Source of the DNA: Caldisericia bacterium
GTDB lineage: Bacteria > Caldisericota > Caldisericia > JAAYUI01
Direction: 5' to 3'
DNA: 64,000 bases
NCBI GenBank assembly: GCA_963674785.1
Contig: OY771555.1
Span: forward strand, 144,851 to 208,850
Program-made: the position numbers and the translations under genes
The notes under the pieces: model-generated
What the model was told of the DNA's origin: nothing
The model's input: the letters and a program-made list of their open reading frames with translations, nothing else
The model's database searches: none
Shown here: positions 37,578-48,788 of the stretch, one piece after another
How positions within the stretch are numbered: position 1 is the first letter of the stretch
How the letters are laid out: the number at the start of each line of letters is the position of its first letter

Positions 37578-38411
37578 TCATTTTTTTAGATAAACAAAAT
37601 AGTAGATACCGCCAATAAATATAGCCCCACCTACGATATTTCCAAGTGTGACAGGTACGAGGTTATTAACAAGAAAAGTTGACCATGTAAGACTACTTGC
37701 TCCACCACCCAGCCCACTTGCAGCTAAAACCCCAGCATTTCCTTTCAGAAACAATCCCAAAGGTATGAAATACATGTTTGCAACACTGTGCTCAAAACCA
37801 CTCGCAACAAACGCCATTATTGGGAAGTATATCCCAGCAATTTTACTAACTAAATCTTTTCCTGAGATAGCCAACCACACAGCGAGAACAACAAGTATGT
37901 TGCAGGCAACACCTCGTAAAAATGCCTCCAGAAAACCTAGGTTTACCTTTGTGACAGCAATATTCAGAGCATATGTCCCTACCCCATAATCACCCATTTT
38001 GTAAAGACCACCAAAGTAGACAAGGATAACCAAAAAAATAGAACCCACAAAGTTAGCCGAGAAAACGATTGACCAGTTTCTAAATAAACCAGAAAGAGCT
38101 ATTTTACGCTTAAAAAGAGAAATACTCATCAATGAATTACCAGTAAAAAGTTCTGCTCCACCAAGCACAACAAGAACAAGTCCAACACTAAAAACACTAC
38201 CTCCGATAAACTTGCTCAATCCGAGTCCAAAATACCTAGAAACATCATGGGTGACAACAGTATAAAGATGTGATCCAAATCCAATGTATAACCCAGCTAA
38301 AATTCCCGACAAAAAAAGTTTGGAAAAAGAAAGTTTTGATTTATCTTTGCCAATATCAACAAGCTTTTGTGCTACTTCACATGGAGTTAAATAGTTTATA
38401 TTAATACACAC
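37578..38411 (-). CDS. Formate/nitrite transporter (FNT) family channel
   Basis: 277 aa; FNT pattern (LFLSGILAGLYIGFG..., GAELFTGN..., FVASGFEHSVANMYF). Substrate not assignable. Confidence 0.85.
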   Translation of the reverse strand: MCININYLTPCEVAQKLVDIGKDKSKLSFSKLFLSGILAGLYIGFGSHLYTVVTHDVSRYFGLGLSKFIGGSVFSVGLVLVVLGGAELFTGNSLMSISLFKRKIALSGLFRNWSIVFSANFVGSIFLVILVYFGGLYKMGDYGVGTYALNIAVTKVNLGFLEAFLRGVACNILVVLAVWLAISGKDLVSKIAGIYFPIMAFVASGFEHSVANMYFIPLGLFLKGNAGVLAASGLGGGASSLTWSTFLVNNLVPVTLGNIVGGAIFIGGIYYFVYLKK

Positions 38412-38601
38412 CTTACTGTCTATGGATCACTCTTAGATACACCATAGACTTTAATATGTGATCAAATTAACAAGGCACATACTTATCGTCAAGATTGTTT
38501 CAATAACAGTTTCGGTGATAGTTGATTAAGGATAAATATAAAAAGAGGATTTAAAATAATATATTTATACTTAGATATAATAACAATAATACAATAGATA
38601 C

Positions 38602-38626
38602 AAAAAAAGCCTCTATTACTAGAGGC
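38602..38626 (-). terminator. Rho-independent terminator downstream of 16S rRNA
   Basis: Minus-strand GCCUCUAGUAAUAGAGGC hairpin followed by UUUUUUU, about 120 nt 3' of the 16S end; next gene starts about 190 nt further on. Confidence 0.55.
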
Positions 38627-38746
38627 AAATCTTTGTGTAATAGTAAGAAAACTAGATAGCAATGTTCCAAAAAAAGTCAACGGGTCATCCGGTGAATTAA
38701 ATCTTTTTTTGTTGTCTTGATATTTCTACCAAGAAAAGCTCCTTAG

Positions 38747-40280
<1,534 letters not shown>

Positions 40281-40668
40281 CATCTTATATATGTATTATA
40301 TATAAAGTGTTATATTAAATAACTAGGTGCTCTCACACCTATATTGTCATTCTGGAATTGCACCGGATATTGACTTTCATGTGTTAATTGCTATCTAGTT
40401 TTCAAACTACTACATTTCCCAGAAGTGAATCGAGGAAAGTTCAGTTTACCACAAAAGGTGACCACCGTCAAGCAGTTACCCTTTCGGCCAACGAGTAATG
40501 AAATATAACCCAAAAAGTTATAGAGTCAAGGAATGGATATAACATGAATAATATATTGCATTCATGGGACTTTCTTGAGAATCAAATTCAATAATCGAAA
40601 GGTTCCTTTAACCATCATTCGAAAGATTTTCACCAAAACGCTTCACATTCAACGATTAAATCGAATCC

Positions 40669-40699
40669 TTGACATTTTACGATATTCGGTCACTATTAT
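40669..40699 (+). promoter_or_regulatory. Candidate sigma-70-type promoter for feoAB
   Basis: TTGACA (40669-40674), 19-nt spacer, TATTAT (40694-40699), 29 nt upstream of ATG 40729. Spacer is longer than optimal. Confidence 0.3.
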
Positions 40700-40728
40700 T
40701 GCAACTATATTGCAAAAGGAGGCACTCG

Positions 40729-41040
40729 ATGACTGAACATTCAAAACACAGAGGATCTCGATTCAGAGGTCATTGTTGTCAAAAACATGGAGACAATGAA
40801 AACTCTCTTCCTGTTTTATCTGAGTTCCCAGTAGGCAAAAAATGCAAGGTTGTCTCTCTCATGGGTTGCATGATGAACAAAAGGCTCGCAAATATGGGTC
40901 TTGGTGTTGGCTCGATTATAGAGATAATCAAGAATGATTTATCAGGAGGACCGTTGATCGTTTTTTCTGATTCTGTAAGAATCGCCATTGGTAGAGGAAT
41001 GGCAAGGCAGATTTGCTGTGAGGAGATAAAAGATGAGTAG
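40729..41040 (+). CDS. feoA: Ferrous iron transport protein A with His/Cys-rich N-terminal tail
   Basis: FeoA fold motifs (VGKKCKVVSL..., GPLIVFSDSVRIAIGRGMARQI); ATG 40729 preceded by AAAGGAGG; N-terminal HSKHRGSRFRGHCCQKHGD. The ORF-track start at 40669 is the TTG of the -35 box. Confidence 0.8.
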   Translation: MTEHSKHRGSRFRGHCCQKHGDNENSLPVLSEFPVGKKCKVVSLMGCMMNKRLANMGLGVGSIIEIIKNDLSGGPLIVFSDSVRIAIGRGMARQICCEEIKDE

Positions 41041-43297
41041 AGAATACGAAATAGGATTGGCAGGAAATCCGAACGCGGGTAAAACTTCTGTTTTTAACCA
41101 CATAACCGGAGCAATGCAAACGACCGGCAACTGGCCAGGAGTAACAGTATCAAAAGTCTCTGGAAAATGCAGCGTTAAAAACGAAAAGATGAACATCGTT
41201 GATCTTCCAGGGACATATTCTCTCTCAGCACATTCTGAGGATGAACTCGTTGCAAGAGAATATATCGTAAAGGATAACCCAGATGTTGTGATAAACGTTC
41301 TAGATGCAACCGCACTTGAACACAATCTCTTCTTGACGCTTCAAATTATTGAACTTGGGGTTCCTGTCGTAATTGCCCTTAACATGACAGATGAAGCAAA
41401 AAAAAGGGATTTAAAGGTTGACGCAAAACGTCTTTCAAACATCCTCGGCGTTCCAGTAATTGAAACAATCGGAACATCTGGCGAAGGTGTTAAGGAACTT
41501 ATGTGTGCAGTTCTTGATGTCGCAAAGTCCAGAAAGAGAAGTAACTATCTCGTCGATTATGGTCCCGAGATTGAACATTCGACCCAGAAGATTCAGGAAG
41601 TACTCTCCGAAACTGAAATCGCTAAAACAAAGTATCCTCCACATTTCTTTGCTCACAAGCTTCTCGAAAATGATAAAGCAATTTGCAACGAAGTAGAAAC
41701 AATAAAGCATCCAGAACTCGTTCACGAAATCGTCAATAAGGAGATAAAAAGGTTAAAGGGGATTTTTGGGGATGATGTTGAAACTCTCGTCATAGATCGT
41801 CGTTACGAACAAGCAAGAATAATCTCGAAAGAAGTGGTGAAAGGAATCGTTAGAAGACAAAGATTTGTTGATAAAATTGATAGATTTCTTGCAAACAGAT
41901 TTATTGGAATTCCAATATTTGGTATCGTTATGTGGGGGATATTCTATGCAACATTTACTTGGGGTGCCCCACTCAGTGATTGGGTAGCCGAGGGGTTAGC
42001 ATGGATAGACACAACATTGTTCGGTGCTCTCGTTGACTCATCATCCGTTCTTGTTTCAAATATTGGGAACTTCCTAAGTGGAGTTATCAACGATGGTATC
42101 GGTGGAATATTAGTATTTTTCCCATTCATTGTCATCCTCTTCCTTATCCTCTCGTTCCTAGAAGACAGCGGGTATATGGCTCGAATTGCGTACATAATGG
42201 ATGGCATAATGTCCAAAGTCGGGCTTTCGGGAAAAGCATTCATACCATACGTTGTCTCATTTGGATGTGCTGTACCTGGTGTTGTTGCCACAAGGACGCT
42301 TGATTCAAAAAGGGAAAGAATTTTAACTATACTTACTGCACCTCTTGTTTCCTGTGTTACAAGAATGGAAGTTTTCTTTTTCCTAGCAGCAATTTTCTTT
42401 GCAGGTTCGGCACTTGCTCAATCACTTGTTGTATGGTCAGTATTCATTTTTGGTATCCTGCTGGCTATCACTCTCGTTGCGATATTCTCTAAGATCTTCT
42501 TCAAAAACGAACCAGCAACACCACTTCTTATCGAGCTTCCACCATACAGATGGCCAACACTTAGATCAGTTCTAATCCACACATGGGATAGAACCAAACA
42601 CTTCCTCCAGAAAGCTGGTGGTGTCATACTTATTGGTGCAATTATTTTCTGGATCCTTTCAAACACACCAACAAGTGGAATAACCTCCTCAGCAACCCCA
42701 TGGTTCATTGTACTTCTAGTTCTCGCTTTATGGATGGTTATAAATTCAGTTTTTTCAAAAAGATTATATAAGAACACCGAAACTCGATCAAAAACGGTTA
42801 AAACAATCAACATCATTCCATTCGTATTGATCGTTGGAGTATTCGTTCTTGGTGTCATGCCACATATCAGCTTAAGCGTTGATGCAATCGAACAGTCACT
42901 CGTTGGAAAAATAGGACACTCACTTGAATGGTTCGTTAGACCATTGGGACTTGACTGGAGAGCAGTTATTGCACTCATTGCAGGATTTGTTGCAAAAGAA
43001 CTTCTTATTTCAATCTTCGGCGTTCTTGGCAATTTTGCAGAGGATGCAGAACCAGGTGGGCTTGAAGCAGGGCAAAATCCAGAGGGAACACCAGCAGTTA
43101 TTGCCACTTGGTACACAACACCTGCTGTTCTCGGAATGATGGTTTTCTTTAACCTTTACTCCCCATGCCTTGCAACAATCGGTGCGATCAAAGCTGAGGC
43201 AGGTTGGAAATGGATGTGGTTCTCAATAGCTTATGGAATCGCTCTCGGATGGATAATGTCATTCATTGTTTACCAGGTCGGGTCGCTTTTCATTTAA
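41033..43297 (+). CDS. feoB: Ferrous iron transport protein B
   Basis: 754 aa; N-terminal G-domain GNPNAGKTSVFNHITG followed by polytopic membrane domain; overlaps the feoA stop. Confidence 0.9.
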   Translation: MSREYEIGLAGNPNAGKTSVFNHITGAMQTTGNWPGVTVSKVSGKCSVKNEKMNIVDLPGTYSLSAHSEDELVAREYIVKDNPDVVINVLDATALEHNLFLTLQIIELGVPVVIALNMTDEAKKRDLKVDAKRLSNILGVPVIETIGTSGEGVKELMCAVLDVAKSRKRSNYLVDYGPEIEHSTQKIQEVLSETEIAKTKYPPHFFAHKLLENDKAICNEVETIKHPELVHEIVNKEIKRLKGIFGDDVETLVIDRRYEQARIISKEVVKGIVRRQRFVDKIDRFLANRFIGIPIFGIVMWGIFYATFTWGAPLSDWVAEGLAWIDTTLFGALVDSSSVLVSNIGNFLSGVINDGIGGILVFFPFIVILFLILSFLEDSGYMARIAYIMDGIMSKVGLSGKAFIPYVVSFGCAVPGVVATRTLDSKRERILTILTAPLVSCVTRMEVFFFLAAIFFAGSALAQSLVVWSVFIFGILLAITLVAIFSKIFFKNEPATPLLIELPPYRWPTLRSVLIHTWDRTKHFLQKAGGVILIGAIIFWILSNTPTSGITSSATPWFIVLLVLALWMVINSVFSKRLYKNTETRSKTVKTINIIPFVLIVGVFVLGVMPHISLSVDAIEQSLVGKIGHSLEWFVRPLGLDWRAVIALIAGFVAKELLISIFGVLGNFAEDAEPGGLEAGQNPEGTPAVIATWYTTPAVLGMMVFFNLYSPCLATIGAIKAEAGWKWMWFSIAYGIALGWIMSFIVYQVGSLFI

Positions 43298-43315
43298 AGG
43301 ACATAAAAACACAAA

Positions 43316-43615
43316 ATGATACTTAAAAAAACTCTCGACGCTCTAAAAACTGGAGGATTTAGAACCCTTCCAGAGCTTGCTGGTCACCTTAAGATAACTA
43401 CTGAAGAGTTAAAAAGCATCATAGACATACTCGTTGCTACGGGAAAGCTCCGAAAAAAAGAGCAGCAAATAAGCGGAAGCACTGGCTGTAGTGGTTGTTG
43501 CTGTTCCCAATCATGCTCAGGTTGTTCTTGTCATAATTCAAAGAGTAAAGCATCTTCAGTAGAAAGCACAAGCAAAAACAGTATTTCATTCTATGAGATA
43601 GCAGAAAACCCATAG
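43316..43615 (+). CDS. FeoC-like winged-helix protein with Cys-rich C-terminus (paralog 1)
   Basis: 99 aa; N-terminal HTH-like region then CSGCCCSQSCSGCSCH. Confidence 0.55.
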   Translation: MILKKTLDALKTGGFRTLPELAGHLKITTEELKSIIDILVATGKLRKKEQQISGSTGCSGCCCSQSCSGCSCHNSKSKASSVESTSKNSISFYEIAENP

Positions 43616-43746
43616 CTATGAATGTCATCGAGTTTGCATGCAAACTCAAACTATTGTTAAATTTCTATATGTACACATTATCAGTTTTTCCAACACACCT
43701 AGGGTCTAGAATCATCTAGGAATTTCCAAGAAAAGGAGTAGAAATT

Positions 43747-44649
43747 GTGAAAACTATACAATATAGTTGCAAATTTATCGCATTAGTTGCTATCATCGCA
43801 TTAGCCACGACATTTGCAATCACAACAATATACGTAAACGCACATACACCAGGTGCAAAACCAGAACCAATCTTCGAATTCAAATCGATAACACTCATGG
43901 ATGGAACAGAAGTTATCGAGCTATCAATCGATCAGTTGAATAAATTCCACGCTGAGGGAGTAGCGTTATCAACAGAAAGACAGCTTATAAAACAGGGAAA
44001 AAGTGATGAAGAAATCAGAGAAGCGATTGAGGAAAAAAGAAGTACAGAATCAGGGGCAGGACCGTGTGGGATTAGTGTATATAGGGCAATGCTGATTGCT
44101 GCGCGTGAACTTTGGGAAGATGGGATAATCACTAGATCGGAACTCAAGATTGAATCAAATTGGACTGGAGGAGGATCAATAGATTTTTGCAGGTATCTGA
44201 CTGGAAACACGGATAGAATTGCAGTTGAATCAAAGGGAGAGTTCGTACTCTCAAACAAAGGGAAAACAGTAGACATCGATATTGATTATCCGGAAATCAA
44301 GAAAATTTCAAAAGAAATGAACTCAAGTTCTTTCTTTTACCGAATAACAAATAAAAGTACAGGTAACTCGATAGATTTCCAAATAGCTGAAGATATTATT
44401 CCTGAAGGATATTTCTCACTTAGAAGTGATGCAAAATTCAATAGCGAGGTTTCAGAGAGTATTCTTAATGAATTCGCATCCTCATGGTCAGAGTTTCGGG
44501 ATAATCTGCTTCTACTGAATGATTGGGAAATATTTGAGGGGATAGAGGAACCACCAGCAAAAGCACCAGTAATGGCACTTATTGTTATCTTTGGAGTTCT
44601 AGCTCTCATCGTAATTATGTGGATTGTGGGTAAAACGAGGAGATTTTAG
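43747..44649 (+). CDS. Membrane-anchored hypothetical protein
   Basis: 300 aa; GTG start; N-terminal signal/TM and C-terminal TM anchor (VMALIVIFGVLALIVIMWIVG). Confidence 0.6.
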   Translation: MKTIQYSCKFIALVAIIALATTFAITTIYVNAHTPGAKPEPIFEFKSITLMDGTEVIELSIDQLNKFHAEGVALSTERQLIKQGKSDEEIREAIEEKRSTESGAGPCGISVYRAMLIAARELWEDGIITRSELKIESNWTGGGSIDFCRYLTGNTDRIAVESKGEFVLSNKGKTVDIDIDYPEIKKISKEMNSSSFFYRITNKSTGNSIDFQIAEDIIPEGYFSLRSDAKFNSEVSESILNEFASSWSEFRDNLLLLNDWEIFEGIEEPPAKAPVMALIVIFGVLALIVIMWIVGKTRRF

Positions 44650-45017
44650 TTTCTCGTTTTGTGTTTATTTTCATGTTTAAGAAAGTTTTATTATGAGTCA
44701 ATCTCAAGCAATCGGTTAAAAACTAACCAGCTTAAGGTCTTCACACATCAAAGGTTCACCGCCTTTCCATTCTTGAGAACCCATAACCCACAATATGGGT
44801 TCTCATCAAAAAAGTAATTTTCAAACCAAGCAGGCAAAATATGATCACAACAAAAATGCTTGATACACCATCTCTTTTCCAGGAGCCAGAACTCACCTCT
44901 GGCTCCACGACCTAAAGTCCATCAAAAAGTTATATGAATCAATCATTGATGAGCTAATGCAAAAGAATAAAATAGGGCTTATAAGAAAAATAAATGAGTT
45001 AAGGAATGTGTGACGCT

Positions 45018-45299
45018 ATGCAGAAAATTAGACCCGGTCAGTTGATTGATTTCATAAAGGAAAAAGGATTCACAACCATTAAAACAGCTGCAGGAGAGCT
45101 GAACGTCAGCGAGGAAGGAATCCTTGAGTTAATAAAACTACTAAGGAACAAAAAACACCTCGTAAAAATAGATTTAACAGAAGATTCTGATTGTGAAAGT
45201 GGAAGTTGCAGTGGATGCAGTGGTTGTGGTGCAAGTTATGTGATTCAAGTAGACGATGAGCAAATTGCATATGCTCTTTCATCCATTGCCTCCAGGTAA
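45018..45299 (+). CDS. FeoC-like winged-helix protein with Cys-rich segment (paralog 2)
   Basis: MQKIRPGQLIDFIKEKGF...ELIKLLRNKKHLVKI...CESGSCSGCSGCG; same architecture as 43316..43615. Confidence 0.55.
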   Translation: MQKIRPGQLIDFIKEKGFTTIKTAAGELNVSEEGILELIKLLRNKKHLVKIDLTEDSDCESGSCSGCSGCGASYVIQVDDEQIAYALSSIASR

Positions 45300-45438
45300 A
45301 ACTAGAAAACTTTTTCGGTATACAAAAAGTAAACAGTATAAACATCCCTATATTTTACAATTTAGATATATTTCTAAAAACATCTGATAACAATTGTATC
45401 AAAAATTATAGTAAACTCATGGTGTCAAGGAGGGCACA

Positions 45439-46038
45439 ATGAAAAAAATTGGTACAATTACGCTTATAGTTTTATTAGTTTTAGTATTTTTCCCATCCTA
45501 TTCCCACAATGAAGAAGTGATAGCAGACGTTCTTGAATCATGTCCCGAAATCAGATCTTTTGGGGTTCTTCCAGATAGCATATATGTGAATACCAATGTC
45601 GCTCAAACCCAAAGTGGCGTTGTGATGCACGATTTCTATGGAGATATCGAACTTACAACGCGGTCAATAAACACAGGGAGTTATAAATGCGATATCACAT
45701 GTGAATTTACATATACGGATGTTAACTACACCCATCTCTATTGGAGAGTTATCATTTATGATGGAAAAGTTCACGATGTATGGCTTGACGGAAAAAAGAT
45801 CAAACCAAAACTCGAAGAAGATGACGGTCTCATGTGGATATCCACGGAAATTGATGAAGACTTCGAGTATGGTGAGCATTCGATGAGATTTGTCTACAGT
45901 GTCGATTTTGAGCAATCAAATCCCGACAACACAAGATATCAATGCTTTGTAAAACGGATACCATGCTCATATGTACGAGGGATGGTGGCCAACGCATTTT
46001 GCACAGCAGTACACAGACATAATTCATACCTCATTTGA
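45439..46038 (+). CDS. Secreted N-terminal segment of a split zincin-like metallopeptidase (possible frameshift)
   Basis: 199 aa with signal peptide MKKIGTITLIVLLVLVFF; overlaps the next ORF by 68 nt in a different frame. Confidence 0.55.
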   Translation: MKKIGTITLIVLLVLVFFPSYSHNEEVIADVLESCPEIRSFGVLPDSIYVNTNVAQTQSGVVMHDFYGDIELTTRSINTGSYKCDITCEFTYTDVNYTHLYWRVIIYDGKVHDVWLDGKKIKPKLEEDDGLMWISTEIDEDFEYGEHSMRFVYSVDFEQSNPDNTRYQCFVKRIPCSYVRGMVANAFCTAVHRHNSYLI

Positions 46039-48784
46039 TCTTAAAATGCCAAACACATGGTTCATGATGGGAGATTTTATCCCTGAAGAATACAGAGATG
46101 AACCTAGTCCAACAGGTGAATATCACATGGAACAATACGAATCATATCCTCCTATCATGAGGATATGCTGCGGTGAATATGAAGTCACAAAGTATGAAGG
46201 TGACACCTATGATGTCAGGATGTATGCCTTCAGGGGCCAATCTGGAGATGCCGAATATCTAATTGGCACAAGCAAAGATTCAATCGAGTTTTTCTCGGAA
46301 TACTACGAACATCCTTGCACAAATGATTTCTTTATTGCCGCACAAACTGCCGGCAGAGGAAGCGGAAGAGGGATGGACGGCGGATTCATAATGGATACCA
46401 ACTATCTGAATCGTCAGAATATGGCTGAGGATTTTATATCTCATGAGGTATCACATGTTTGTTGGTGGGGAGGAACCGGAGTAATGGGGAATACTTCTCA
46501 ACCAAACTTAAGATTTCTAAACGAAGCAACCGCAGAATTCTCAAGTCTTCTGTTCTGTGAGCAGGTACTCTCAGAACAGAAGGGTTTTGAAGAGTGGAAG
46601 CTTAGGATGGAGTGGTACAGAGACACGAAAGACTATTACAAATCAAAAGGGTGGACAGAACCTCCAATAATAAACCCGGCATCTGCAGACAATTTTTCAA
46701 TCACGTACTATAAAGGTGCATGCGTTTTCTGGGCTTTAAGATATTACATGGGTGAAGAGAATTTTAGAAATGCGATGATCGAGATTTTCAATAATTACGC
46801 TAGATCAAATGCTCCAAGCGATGATGAGTGGTACAGACCATCAATTGCCGATTTTTACAACACATTCAAAAAACATGCGAAAAGGGATATCAGCGGATTC
46901 TGGAGCACTTATGTTGGAAGCACTGAACTCCCAAGGCTTGATTATTCTATTAACCGAATCAGATATAAAGGAGTAATCTATGATTCAGTAAACCTGAAAA
47001 ATCTTACAGAACACAAATCACCATTAATGGTTCATGTGTACCACTCAGACGGCACATATGAAGAAGTGATTCTGGAAGAACTTGACCAATCATTTAGGAT
47101 CGATGGGCATGCCTCAGGAGTGTTATTTCATGATTACATGGGATCAATGCCAGAGCCAGACGATATTTCAAATAAAATGAATACGGCGTCTATTGCTGCT
47201 GTTGTTTCCTGGGAACCGCCAACTATCTTCGTATCCAAAAAAGATGGAGAAGAGTACGTAACTCGAGCTGAAAAATGGGTTGAAAAAACTGGTGGAGAGG
47301 TTGTAATTGATGATTTTACAGAACTGCCTTTTAAAAAGCCTATTCTTCTCGTCGGACCATCAGCAATTATCGAGTTTGCAGCCGAAGAGTACAAAAATCT
47401 CCGAATCAAAGACACAGAAGATGGATTAAATTGGCTTGGAAAAAAATTTGAAGGCCGCTTTAGTACAATTGTTGTCACATATGACAAGGATGATATTGAG
47501 AGACCAATTATAATCGATACTGGTGTTGGAGAAATCCCAGAAAACCTTTCATATACAGGGTTATACACAACACAAGACAACCGAATAGTGATGGGATATA
47601 ACTACCTGGATCCTGAAACGGAAGAAATCCCGGGGCCAGATGCACTTTGTCAGCTTCCATGGGAAAAAATTGATTCACAGGTTGACAAATCAGCGTTCTA
47701 CGTTTCTTTTACAAACCCGAGACCTTTTGAAATCTCCTACAATGGTTTCTCATTCGAAGACTTTGAGTTTAAGGATATTGAACAGAAGTTTGAGCCAGAG
47801 ACACTTTCCTCTGAGGTGCTGCTTGATCTCTCAGGCGGAAAAACTCAAAATGTCAAAATATCACACTCGGATAGATTTGTAACTGAGGAATGGGATTTCA
47901 ATATCAGTCTTGATCCCAATATAGATGAGTTTAATGGACTAAAAAAGATAATTATTCCAGAAATAGTCAAAGGTGAATCCATTGAGATAAAATGGATTGA
48001 ACAAATGGAGTACATATACGCTATTGACGATTTTAAAATGACTGACTGGAAGATGGGCTCAAGATTAACGCTAACCGATCTAGCAAAGGGAAGACATACA
48101 CTCAAAATGCTCTTCAACGATAACGGTTTACTTAGCCCTCTAATCGAAAAAGAATTTGTGTCAGGTGTGAGTGAACCAGAGCTTCAACTGGACAAAACAT
48201 TCGCCCTGTGGAAAAATGGAGAAATCAGAATTACAGGCAAGGCAACCCCTGGGGTTGAATTGATTCCACCAGGTGAAATCGATGAGGAAGGGAACTTTGA
48301 AATAATTGTTTCTACCAATGAAATCCCTCAAATCATATCCATTACTGCAAAAAACGAATATGGTCTGGAGACATCAAAAAGCATAAGCATCATCAAGTTC
48401 ATCAAACTTGACATGTTCCTGGGAAAGGAAAATGTAACATCTGATATTGGAGAGACCTGGACTCTTGATGTTCCACCCCAGCTTGTAAATGGGTCAACAT
48501 ATGTTCCGATGAGATTCATTGGTGAAAGACTGGGTGCTGATGTCTCCTGGGTTGCTGATGAAAAGAAAGTTATCTACAGCCTTAGGAACACCCAAATCGA
48601 GATATGGATCGGTAATGACATCTCAAAAGTCAACGGTATCGAAACAAAGATGCCCGGAGAGCCAGTGATCATATCCGGAAGAACGCTTGTACCGGTAAGA
48701 TTTGTATCTGAAGCGTTGGGTGCAAAAGTCACCTGGTGTGGTGAAGAGAAGAAGATAACTATAGAGTATCCGAATTTGGAGTAG
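45971..48784 (+). CDS. Zincin-like metallopeptidase (HExxH...E) with C-terminal copper-amine-oxidase N-terminal domains
   Basis: 937 aa; HEVSHVCWWGG...NEATAEF gluzincin signature; C-terminal stalk repeats (YVPMRFIGERLGADVSWVADEKK, LVPVRFVSEALGAKVTWCGEEKK); no signal peptide of its own. Confidence 0.7.
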   Translation: MYEGWWPTHFAQQYTDIIHTSFDLKMPNTWFMMGDFIPEEYRDEPSPTGEYHMEQYESYPPIMRICCGEYEVTKYEGDTYDVRMYAFRGQSGDAEYLIGTSKDSIEFFSEYYEHPCTNDFFIAAQTAGRGSGRGMDGGFIMDTNYLNRQNMAEDFISHEVSHVCWWGGTGVMGNTSQPNLRFLNEATAEFSSLLFCEQVLSEQKGFEEWKLRMEWYRDTKDYYKSKGWTEPPIINPASADNFSITYYKGACVFWALRYYMGEENFRNAMIEIFNNYARSNAPSDDEWYRPSIADFYNTFKKHAKRDISGFWSTYVGSTELPRLDYSINRIRYKGVIYDSVNLKNLTEHKSPLMVHVYHSDGTYEEVILEELDQSFRIDGHASGVLFHDYMGSMPEPDDISNKMNTASIAAVVSWEPPTIFVSKKDGEEYVTRAEKWVEKTGGEVVIDDFTELPFKKPILLVGPSAIIEFAAEEYKNLRIKDTEDGLNWLGKKFEGRFSTIVVTYDKDDIERPIIIDTGVGEIPENLSYTGLYTTQDNRIVMGYNYLDPETEEIPGPDALCQLPWEKIDSQVDKSAFYVSFTNPRPFEISYNGFSFEDFEFKDIEQKFEPETLSSEVLLDLSGGKTQNVKISHSDRFVTEEWDFNISLDPNIDEFNGLKKIIIPEIVKGESIEIKWIEQMEYIYAIDDFKMTDWKMGSRLTLTDLAKGRHTLKMLFNDNGLLSPLIEKEFVSGVSEPELQLDKTFALWKNGEIRITGKATPGVELIPPGEIDEEGNFEIIVSTNEIPQIISITAKNEYGLETSKSISIIKFIKLDMFLGKENVTSDIGETWTLDVPPQLVNGSTYVPMRFIGERLGADVSWVADEKKVIYSLRNTQIEIWIGNDISKVNGIETKMPGEPVIISGRTLVPVRFVSEALGAKVTWCGEEKKITIEYPNLE

Positions 48785-48788
48785 GATA

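Noticed and set aside
40669-40728. ORF-track start of feoA at 40669
   Set aside because: The TTG used as a start is the first half of a TTGACA -35-like hexamer; ATG 40729 has a proper AAAGGAGG site and gives a normal FeoA length.
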